This document shows positions 38,050 to 48,765 of a stretch of DNA of 57,244 nt, piece by piece. The stretch comes from Octopus sinensis. Taxonomy: Eukaryota. The notes under the pieces are model-generated. The model was given only the letters and a program-made list of their open reading frames with translations, searched no databases and was not told the origin of the DNA. The stretch is from contig NW_021833632.1 in assembly GCF_006345805.1 (NCBI RefSeq), positions 1 through 57,244 on the forward strand, in the 5' to 3' direction. Made by a program: the position numbers and the translations under genes. Numbering within the stretch: position 1 is the first letter of the stretch; each line of letters starts with the position of its first letter.

Positions 38050-38500
38050 GTAGTTTGCTAGCTACCTGTCGGGCCAAAGATACATTAATCAAAAGTTGTA
38101 TTGTTGTTTCACTTGCGATATCCTTGACTGAACCTCTTTCATTAGATCGCATGATTACCTCACATCTGTCACGCAATAAACTCCGTCCCTCAAAATCTTT
38201 TTATTGTTACTTTAGACTTTTGACGGATACAAAGAACAATCTAAATGCATACCACTTTCAACTCAAAGGACATGAAAATAATGGAAACTTGAAGCAAGGT
38301 TATTCATTAACCCTATCCCTCGTCGCCTTAATTTGTGTCTTCCCATCCCAAATAATCTGTATCAAATCTTATCCCAGTCCCTTCGTCTCCTGACGTCAAA
38401 CCTCTGGAATTCCCTTTTCCTCTGCAACCCGATTTTTCCTGCAGACATCATTCTTTATTTATTGAAAGTAAACATCGGGCATTCAATCAAAACATCCCAA
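38050..38500 (+). mobile_element. Old L2/CR1-group LINE 3' remnant
   Basis: LTSNLWNSL..IFPADIILYLLKVNI resembles the common LINE C-terminus LWNSLP..FP..L..FK..I. Confidence 0.45.
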
Positions 38501-39424
38501 GTAAAAGGACTGAACATAATAATAACAGATTCAACTCTGGAAATATTCATCGCAACTTGTATGACCGTAATATTCAACGTAGAATCAACTATACTGTACT
38601 AATTGATGGACTTTTATGTCATTTAGACAAATGAGGGTCCAGCAAGACACAGCTGAGGTCTTAGGAAAACGACCGTCACCTTCTGGCTGTTTGTATGTAG
38701 GGTTGAAGTTGAAGATTTCTAGTAGCATCCGCTATCTGTTCCCATCGCTTCTTTTCCTCACGCCACTGGACTTTAAGAAAGAGCGATGGTGTTGCTGCCG
38801 GTATTTTAGTTTGCTGAACGATCTGCACGGTGATTATTATTGTAATGCGCATGTTTTGTGTAGAGCCAGTCCATTTCTCTCATCCTTCAAACTTGTATTG
38901 GTGTGGCGCAACAAGAATGCTGGATTTGAATGGAGTTACATTCTCTTGCATGAACTGCTTAAGAGTGTAAAGAAATATACATTTTTATAGGACATCGAAG
39001 TTTGAAAAACATTTTTCTTTCCCTCCATTTTTGCTTTTCAACCTTTTTTTTTTGTATAAGCATCAATATGACTGAACTTTCAATCATCGAACATTTTCAC
39101 TTATATTACTGTCTATCCCAATGAAGCCCATTGAAATATCTGTGAACATCTGAACATTTGGTTGTTTAAATATATTTTACCGAATATTACGTTGTATCTT
39201 TAAACACTCCTAAATCTTTTATTGATTTATTTATTGTTAACATTGATAAGCAAAAACATTTAAAAAACCGGTTTAGTACAAAATTTATGAACGCCTACAC
39301 GTTCTGAGATTCAGACTCTCTTTCAAGCCCCAAAACAAATATATATGAGTGTGTGTGTGTGTGTGTGTGCGTGTGTGTGCTTGTGTGTGCGTGCGTGTAT
39401 ATATGTGTGTGTATTCTGTTTATT

Positions 39425-39710
39425 TGTTCCTTCACAAGCCACGCCTGGATCGTAAGGGCTGGTTTCCTGGTTTCATTGGTGTATAGGTTCCCCCACCTGG
39501 ACGGGACACTGGTCTGTCGCAGGTGAGCTGCTAGATACAGGATGAGAGAGAAAAAGTTGTGGCGAAAGAGTCAGTAGACGTTCGCCATTACCTTCTGGCA
39601 GAGCCGTGAGGACCTTAGATGTATCGCTTATAAACACACGCATCACCTGGTCTGAGATTCGAACCTGCGATCCCTCGACCGCTGCTCTAAACATTAGGCC
39701 ATGTGACACC
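39425..39710 (-). mobile_element. tRNA-derived SINE related to 2965-3276
   Basis: Head with GGTTCGAATCTC B-box; shared CTCTTTCGCCACAACTTT. Confidence 0.75.
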
Positions 39711-39754
39711 ACAATATATATATATATATATAATTGCATTACCTATGGAACGAC

Positions 39755-39827
39755 CACACTGACGAGCCTACGGACAATGGATTACATAAGTGATTCATTC
39801 GTTAATAGGCGAAACCGCCGGTCTGTG
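39755..39827 (+). ncRNA. Type I hammerhead ribozyme, fully canonical core
   Basis: CACA-CTGACGA-GCCTA..(AATGGATTAC/GTGATTCATT)..TAGGC-GAAA-CCGCCGG-TC-TGTG; GUC cut predicted after 39823. Lies in a ~255-bp element between (TA)n tracts. Confidence 0.88.
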
Positions 39828-39994
39828 AGTAATTCTGGTTTTTTATTTAATTTTCATCTGTCTTGCCCGCATTTCGTTCTGGTGCCCGCTGAATTTTCCT
39901 CTAGAGAACATTCCTTTCTTTGTAGTTTGATCGTAGGTGATTTACTTCTAGCATACGGCCGAACACCTAGTGGTTTTGCCCTTCAAATATACAC

Positions 39995-40062
<68 letters not shown>

Positions 40063-40102
40063 ATATACAAGAAAAACATGGAACACAGGACAAGTTAACA
40101 GA

Positions 40103-40166
40103 GAATGACTCATCATCAGTTGTCGGCTATCTACTCCTCATTTCGAGCATTCAACGACAATATGAA
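40103..40166 (-). ncRNA. Non-circularly permuted hammerhead ribozyme candidate (copy 2)
   Basis: Minus strand: TTCA-TA-TTGTCG-TT-GAATGCTC-GAAA-TGAG-linker-CGACAA-CTGATGA-T-GAGTCATTC. Confidence 0.7.
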
Positions 40167-40681
40167 TCTTCAAAGACAGTTGCTCCCATAAATTCTAAAA
40201 TAAAATTTAGGATTTATGGAGGGTCAAAGTTGGGAACAAAAATGACATATATATTAAACTGTAGCTATACTGGGGCACCGCCTCAGATAAGTTTCAGTTG
40301 AATGCATCGACACCAGTATTTTTTTAACCTGGTACTTGTTCTATCTTTCTCTAACCACAGCGTTATAAGAACATGAGGACGTAAACAAACCAGCCCCGTT
40401 TGACAAACAGTGGAATTGATCCTGGAACCATGGTGTTGGAAGGCAAACTCCTTACCACACAGTCACACCTGCGCCTACACACACACATACACACATACGC
40501 ACAGACACAACGGATACCAGCCCCCGACACTTACCAACTCCCAACGCTTGTTTTGCGCGTGTATACTTGCACACCTACGCATGTACATGTGCATGCGTAT
40601 ATAAGTGTGCGCGCACACTGATTTGCACGTTGACATGCATGCGAATATACATATGTACATATTAATGAATATGTCTGTGTA

Positions 40682-40890
40682 TAGGCGCAGGAGTGCTGTG
40701 TGGTAAGTAGCTTGCTTACCAACCACATGGTTCCGGGTTCAGTCCCATTGCGTGGCATCTTGGGCAAATGTCTTCTGCTATAGCCCCGGGCCGACCAATG
40801 CCTTGTGAGTGTCTACTATCATAAGCCCTCGTCGAATAATGCTTTGTAAATGCATTTATATCGAGGGATTTGAAAGACGCCCGTCCTACA
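40682..40890 (+). mobile_element. tRNA SINE 5' half; a 3' half lies at ~41710-41935
   Basis: Head AGGCGCAGGAGTGCTGTGTGGTAAG. Confidence 0.8.
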
Positions 40891-40925
40891 CACGCACACA
40901 CACAAACATACACAAACAAAAACTC

Positions 40926-40967
<42 letters not shown>

Positions 40968-41149
40968 ATTAGGGCTTAGTAAAGTAAATTACTTTGCCAC
41001 ATACTGAACTTTCTAGAAATAGCAGCCAAAAATGTTTTTTAGCCATTTCCACCACTTTAAGAAAATTTTTCTTAGATAATGTTTACTCATAAATAACTCA
41101 CGAAGGTATGGAGGTAAAAACAGAAAAATATCACAAGTACAAAGATCAT

Positions 41150-41210
41150 TTGAGAACGTTAACGTTTCTAGATTAGCCAAATAAACTCAGCATTTCTTTC
41201 GTCAGCTCAA
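41150..41210 (-). ncRNA. Type I HHR (left arm)
   Basis: Exact reverse complement of 41304-41364. Confidence 0.65.
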
Positions 41211-41303
41211 CATTTCTGGCAGTCTGAGCGTGTTCATCTGAGGTGATACGTCGCCGAAGGGTATGTTCTTCCTTTTAGTGCTTCCAATCCAAATTAAGAA
41301 ATG

Positions 41304-41364
41304 TTGAGCTGACGAAAGAAATGCTGAGTTTATTTGGCTAATCTAGAAACGTTAACGTTCTCAA
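41304..41364 (+). ncRNA. Type I HHR (right arm)
   Basis: TTGAG-CTGACGA-(imperfect stem II AAGA..GCTGA..TTGGC..TCTA)-GAAA-CGTTAACG-TT-CTCAA. Confidence 0.65.
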
Positions 41365-42079
41365 ATGATCTTTGTACTTGTGATTTTTTCTGTTTTTACC
41401 TCCAATACCTTCGTTAGTTAATTATGAGTAAACATTATCTGAGAGAAATTTTCTTAAGTGGTGGAAATGGCTAAAAAACATTTTGGCTGCTATTTCTAGA
41501 AGTTCAGTATGTGGCAAAGTAATTTACTTTACTAAGCCTAATTATTAAATATAATATTTTGAATTCGCCTTAAATGGTCCTTTTACATACTGAACACTAC
41601 TTGGTGAAATTGATTAATAACTAAATTTTACCCTCAATTGTTGATATATATATATATATTATATATATATATATATATATTTACACACATATACATATAT
41701 ATGTGATGTGTGTATGTGTGTGTCTTTGTATTTGTGTTAAGTATGTCCTCTACCACCACTTTATAACCGGTGTTGGGTTTTTTAGGCCCTCGTAACTTAC
41801 CTGTTTCGACAAAACAGACTGACCGTATAAATTCCAAACTTCAAAAGAAGTCTTGGGATCCATTTGTCGGACAAAACCCTTAAAGGCGTTGCATCAGCAT
41901 GGCCATAATCCTATGGCTTGAACAAGGAAGGGATAAAGGCTGCACACAGACACACTCACACGCTCTCTCTCTCTCTTTCTCCCTCTCTCTCTCTCCCTCT
42001 ATTTCTCTTTTCCTCTCCTTCTCTCTCCCTCTCTCTTTCTCTGTCTCCCTCTCCCCCCCAACACGTATTTATATACACA

Positions 42080-43647
42080 CACTAGCGAAAATAAATTTAA
42101 GACCGATGATAAAAGTTCTATTTCTTACAAAATATTTTGTTATTAACACCATACAAATCAATTTTATCTTTTGCACCTTATGCAAAATTTATTTCTCTTT
42201 CGGATGATGCTAACAATAACTATTCTTATACAACTTGAATAATTCTAATGCTAAATTTATATAAACGTTTCAAATTTACCGGCAAAATTAGTTTAAGACC
42301 GTATCATTATAATTTTATTTAAAGCTTAAGACAGTAGCTAAAATGAGCAACAAGAACGAAATACATATTAGTACTTTGTGCCGTAGCCTTTATTCTTAAT
42401 AACGGTTGAACAACCGCCTCGGCACTGAATTCGCTAAGTGATTACAAAATTCTATGGGAATGTTTTTTTCATTGATATAATCGAATAATTGTTTTAGATT
42501 AGATGCTTTTTTTAGCATGGAAATTTTTGGAAATATAATTCCACAAGTTCTCGATCGGATTCAGGTCCGGACTCTGGGGAGCCCATTCGATTACGTCAAT
42601 ATTATGGTGATCAAAAAATTCCATAACCTTTTTGGCTTTGTGCACAGGACTATTGTCCTGCTGATAAATAGCCCCCGGAGGCATTTGGTGAGTCAAATAT
42701 GACACAACATTATCCTTTAGTAGATTCATATAACCTACACTATTTAGCTTTCCATCAACTTTAACTAGAGGGCCAACACCAAAGCTACAAAATGCCGCCC
42801 ACACCATCACACCCCACCTCCCATTTGCACCGTCTTTTTCACGCATTTCTGACGTTTTACCATCTGATCCAAATATACAGAAGTGTGACTCGTCACTCCA
42901 AAGGACCCTGCACCAATCTTCAGCAGTCCATTGAGCATGGCTTTTTGCGAAATTAAGGCATTTGAGTTGATTTCTTTCGGATATTATTGACATTTTCCTA
43001 GTGATTCGTCCACGTAGTCCAAATTCTCACAAACGGTTGCGGACGGTTTGAGGTGTAAAATTAACACCATTCTCGTTGGACAATTGTTTACAAATGTCAA
43101 CGGCTATCAGTATTCGGTTGCCTTTCGATTTTCATGGGGCAGCCAGTCCATTGCCGATCTTTATAATGATCAGTTTCCGAGTATAACTTCCACGCTTGCA
43201 CGTAAGCCGTTATACTGCACTTTAGTTGCTTGCTGATGTTCGAAAAGGAAACTTTTTGCTGCTGGATTAATACGATTTTTGCTCTCGTGACTGGACTGAG
43301 GCTACGTTGTTTTCCCATTATTAATCAATTGTATAATAACGTTAAATTATAACACTATATAGGGCAGTTAGGATAGTTGCGTGACCACCCATTTTGGCAA
43401 AACATATATTTGCATACATATTACATGGTTTTAAACTAATTTTGCCGGTAAATTTGAAACGTTTATATAAATTTAGCATTAGAATTCTTCGAGTTGTATA
43501 AAAATAGTTATTGTCTGCATCATTCGAAAGAGAAATAAATTCTGCTTAAGGTGTAAAAGATAAATATAATTTGTATGGTGTTAGTAACAAAATATTTTGT
43601 AAGAAATAGAACTCTTATCATCGGTCTTACATTTATTTTCGCCAGTG
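42080..43647 (-). mobile_element. Tc1-family transposon with ~220-bp IR/DR-type TIRs, disrupted transposase
   Basis: WSDESHF, QQDNSPVH and SPDLNPIENLW (DD34E-type); N-terminal HTH at 43097-43318; TIRs 42080-42300 and 43427-43647; TA at the right end. Confidence 0.93.
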
Positions 43648-43933
43648 TAAAGTATATTTGAGGTCGACTTAATTATCGATATTCAAATCCCAAAGTTATA
43701 AAGTCGTGCCAATATTTTAAGTCATTGTTGTTATTGTGCACCAGACTTATTTTTATGATTTTTTTCTCTGCTTGAGTGAACGAAGCTCAATGCATTATGG
43801 GCGTGTATTTCTTCTGCAATTTCCATAAAATTAAAAGTACTCTATTACCTATAACTGCGATAATGGCAAGTAGCCTGAAATATTATATATATATATTATA
43901 TATATATATATATATAATATATATATATATATA

Positions 43934-44796
43934 TAGGGAAAGTTTACGAAATAAACAAAAGACGAAGACAGGTGGTGTACAAAACAAACAGATGTATTAG
44001 TTTAACGCTCAGGAATAGGAAAAGTCTTTTACGTTTCGAGCCTACGTTCTTCTACAGAAAGGGACACAGAAAAAAACAAAGAGAGAAACAAGGAGAGAAA
44101 AAATGTGTGTAGTGGCTAACAATCTATCATGGCGACTAGTGCCGGACAGAAGGGTCAAACACGAGGAGGAAAGTAGGGGAGATAACAAGGTAAAGATGAC
44201 CCCCAACATAAAGGTGCGTGTGTGTATAAGAGAGTATGTATGTGCGTGTGAAAGAGGGCTGGTGGTCGGGACGTGTGCGTGTATGTATGTGTAGGTGTGA
44301 AGATGTGGGGATGGGTGTGTGGGTGGTGTGTTGTGATGTGATGTGTAATGTTGTATGGTGTAGTGTGGTGTGGTGTGATGTTGTTGGGAGGTGGGGGAGA
44401 CGAGAGTGGGAAAAGCACGGGTGAGGTGTGGGGTTGGCTGGAGGTTGGGGTAGAGTTGGGGCTTGTGGGTAGGCAGAGGGTGGGGGTAGAGGTGGGGTAT
44501 GTGGGGTGATAGGGGGATGGGAAGGATAGGGAAGGTGGAGTAGGGATGTGTAGGGGTGGGTGGGTTTATGGGGGAGGGGAAGGTGGGTATGAGAGGAGAG
44601 AGAGGAGGCGAGAAGAGAGAAGAGAGGAAGAGGGAAAAGGGAAGGTGGGGAGAGAAAGAAAGAAAGAGAGTACGAGAGAAGAGAGAAAGAGAGTAAGAGA
44701 GAAGAGGGAAAGAGAGTAGGGGTGAAGGGAAGTAGCAGTGAAGAGAAATAGGAGTGAAGAGAAGTAGGAGTTGAGGCAAGAGAAGAGAGTTGGGTA
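43934..44796 (-). mobile_element. Non-autonomous HHR-bearing repeat with a long low-complexity body
   Basis: Bounded by (TA)n; terminus shared with 11864 and 37915; HHR-like motif at 44026. Confidence 0.65.
44026..44061 (-). ncRNA. Minimal type I HHR-like motif (core CUGUAGA)
   Basis: CTTT-CTGTAGA-A-GAAC-GTAG-GCTC-GAAA-CG-TA-AAAG. Confidence 0.55.
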
Positions 44797-44823
44797 TATA
44801 TTATATATATGTATATATATATA

Positions 44824-46054
44824 CAGAAGCTGGACAAAATAATGGAAACACCTAGCATCATAGCATCATAATTTTGAAATGTCTATAAAATCGTCAAAAC
44901 CTTGTTTATTTTTATGTTTTTTATTTATTTATTAAGTTTTGCTAAAATTGCTGTTTCTTTTCAGGTATCATCAGAAAAAGGTAATTAAATTAAAATTCAT
45001 TAAAATGTTAGATCTATCGAACTTTCAAAGAGGTCAAATTATTGGTGCTCGTATGACAGGCTCTAACGTAACAGAAACAGCCGAAATGTTTGGTGTATCA
45101 AGAATACTGTCTTGAAAGTAATGACAGCCTTTGAAAAAGAAGAAGAAACCTCCGCGTTGAAACAAAACTCCGGAAGAAAACCAAAACTTTGAGATAGGGA
45201 CCATCGGACTCTTACGTGAATTATTAGAAAGGATCAGAAAAGAACAGCTCTCAAAATTACTTTAGAGCTTAATGACGACCTCGAGAACCCAGTTTCCACA
45301 TAAACTGTTCGCCAGGAGCTGCACAGAACCGGATGTCACAGGAGGGCTGCAATCAGAAAACCACAACTTTCAAAAACAAACGTTGCAATGCGTTTGAGTG
45401 GTGTAAAAACCTACCGATTGGTCCCTAGAGCAGTGGAAGAATGCTATTTTCTCGGACAGTCATCCTTTATCTTATTTCTAACAATCGGTCAAGTATACGT
45501 GTGGAGACAGCCAAAAAAAGCATTTGGCTCAGACTGCCTTCTTCCAACTGTTAAACATGGACGAGGATCCGTGATGAACTGGAGGGGCTATATCTTGGAA
45601 ATCCGCCGATCCAATGGTTCCCCTTCATGGCAGAATTAATAGTCAAGACTAAGCATTTTATCTGATCAAATTCATCCTATGGTTGCGGAAGGAGAGGAAC
45701 GCAGTCTTTCATGATGAAAATGGACCAATTCACACAGCTAATGTTGTTACATTCTAGTGAAGTTGAACATCTTTTCTGGTCACCACAGTCCCCAGATTTC
45801 AATATTATTGAACATTTATAGTGTATTTTAGAAAAACATGTAAGGAGTCTATGTCCTCCACCATCACCATTACAAGAGCTAGAGACTGTTTAACCCGAAG
45901 AATGGACAAAAATTCCTTTGGAAACAATTCAAAGTTTGTACGACTCCATACCTTCTAGAATTCAAGCTGTAATTACTGCCAAAGTTGGTCCTGCCCATTA
46001 TTAAATAAATATGCTTGAAATTTAAAGGTGTATCGATTTTTTGTCCAACCCCTG
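44824..46054 (+). mobile_element. Tc1-family transposon, full-length but decayed
   Basis: TA-CAGAAGCTGGACAAAATAATGGAAACACCT ... AGGTGTATCGATTTTTTGTCCAACCCCTG-TA; remnants FQRGQIIGAR, PTVKHGRGSV and WSPQSPDFNIIEHL. Confidence 0.92.
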
Positions 46055-46057
46055 TAT

Positions 46058-46154
<97 letters not shown>

Positions 46155-46184
46155 TATATATATATATGTATATATATATGTATA

Positions 46185-46252
<68 letters not shown>

Positions 46253-46416
46253 CGAGGTTGAATCAAAAGTTTTCTTGGGTTTTATCATCGATAATCTTTT
46301 TGGCAACTTGTATCACCATGCTACATCATTAATTTGATGAAAATTGCCGTCCAATCATCGTTGAATCGTTTATTCAATGTCTTCACATATAACATATAAA
46401 CATGTTTTTATATATA

Positions 46417-46771
46417 CTAGCAGTATAGCCCGACTTTACTCGGGATTAAGTTAGGATTATTAGGCTAATCAAGCTCTTTATTTCAAAGAAAACTAAGTAA
46501 TATCGACGTCAAATTTGAATGAAATCCGTTGAAATTGGTAAACTTTTGGCTGAAATTTTGCAGACAATTTGATTGGGAAATCACATAAGGAATCGGTTTA
46601 TCGATTTTTTCCACTCATCGATTGTTTTTGTTTTATTTGTCATGTAGCCCCACTTTGCCCATGGGTTGAGAACCCTTCCAGCAAGGAAACTAGAACGCCC
46701 AAAAGGCCCACGATCCTCTATGTGAGAAGCGGTTATGTTCAGGTCACAACTAAGTATTTATATATATATGG

Positions 46772-46807
<36 letters not shown>

Positions 46808-47216
46808 AACACACACATATACGTACATACACCTATTGCATACATGTTTTTGCACACCTTTGCCCTTGTCACTGTCCCACTACCACCTCCTACCCGAGTA
46901 ACACTATCAATTGAAGCAAATTTGGCACCCGGACGTAAGTTTTGTAACAGGAATAGAGAAGCCTACCGCCTCCCGCAGAGATGTGAAAGTCATATCTCTC
47001 CTTTTGAAAATATGAACAGTTTCGAAACATTGATTACAAAATAATAGCTGATCGTTTGCGAAGGAGCGTGTCTACAGTCAACACGTAGGTCTTTTGCTCT
47101 GGTAACCTCAGATCTTTCCCATGTTCACGCACAACCATCTATATATCGCTATGAGTAGAGCAACGGATTCAGCTAATTTGGAAATAAGTTGTGGAGAAAC
47201 GGAGAATATCGTTTAT
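46417..47216. mobile_element. Helitron-related remnants
   Basis: Minus-strand hairpin CCCGA-GTAAAG-TCGGG followed by CTAG-T at 46417-46445. Plus-strand FTHNHLYIAMSRAT..TENIVY (47121-47216) resembles the Helitron PIF1-helicase C-terminus FSHGQLYVALSR..TxNIVY. Confidence 0.6.
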
Positions 47217-47224
47217 ATGTGTGT

Positions 47225-47298
47225 GTATATATATATAACTATATATATATATATTATATATTATATACATATATATATATCTAATATATATATATCTA

Positions 47299-47373
<75 letters not shown>

Positions 47374-47634
47374 TATATATAAAATAATATATATTATATA
47401 TATATCTAATATACAATATATAATATATATTTATATATATAATATAAATACATATATATATATCTAATATATATATACCTAATATATATATATATATATC
47501 TAATATATGTATATAAATATCTAATATATATATATATATCTAATATATGTATATCTAATATACACATATATATATCTCATATATATATATATCTAACATT
47601 ATCTAATATAATCTAATTATATATCTAATATATA

Positions 47635-47673
<39 letters not shown>

Positions 47674-48182
47674 TTAAATATTATATATTATATATAATAT
47701 ATATGTATATATATATCTAATATATATATATATATATATCTAATATATATATATATATACATACATAATACATACATACATAATATATATTAATATTATA
47801 TATATATTATATATAATAATATATATATATATATAATATAATATATATATATATATTATATATATATATAATATATATATAACATACAATAATATATATA
47901 TATATATATATTAATATATTATAATATATATATATATATAATATATTATATATATAAATATTACATATATAATATATAATAATATATAATATTATATATA
48001 TATATATAATATATATAATATAATATATATATATATACAACAAATATATCTATATATATATAATATATATATATATATATAAATATATATTATATATAAT
48101 ATATTATATATATGTATATATATTAATAATATAATATATATATATATAATATGGTATATATATATAATATATATATGTATAT

Positions 48183-48214
<32 letters not shown>

Positions 48215-48299
48215 ATATATATATATTATATATATAGATTATATATATATATATATCATATATATATATATATTATATGATAATATATATATATATATC

Positions 48300-48335
<36 letters not shown>

Positions 48336-48415
48336 TATATATATATATATAATAGATTATATATATATATATATTATATATTATATATCTATATATATAT
48401 ATATATATAATATAT

Positions 48416-48446
<31 letters not shown>

Positions 48447-48629
48447 ATTATATATATAATAAATATATATAATATATATATAAATATATATATAATATCT
48501 ATATATATTAATATATATATATATAATATATATTATATATATAAATAATATATATAATATATATCTATATAATCTATATATATATAATATATATAAATAT
48601 AATATCTATATATATAATATATATAACTA

Positions 48630-48661
<32 letters not shown>

Positions 48662-48717
48662 TAATATATAATATTATAATATATATATATAATATATATA
48701 TAATATATAATATATAT

Positions 48718-48749
<32 letters not shown>

Positions 48750-48765
48750 ATATATATAATATATA
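47225..48765. repeat. ~1.5-kb imperfect (TA)n tract
   Basis: Direct inspection. Confidence 0.95.

Larger units (their letters stand above)
40965..41545. repeat. ~250-bp near-perfect inverted repeat (arms 40965-41217 and 41297-41545, 79-bp spacer)
   Basis: The arms are reverse complements apart from a few substitutions and homopolymer indels. Confidence 0.95.

Noticed and set aside
44042-44861. 241-245-aa Pro/Ser/His-rich ORFs
   Set aside because: Products of a low-complexity C/T-rich strand, with no domain or splice support.
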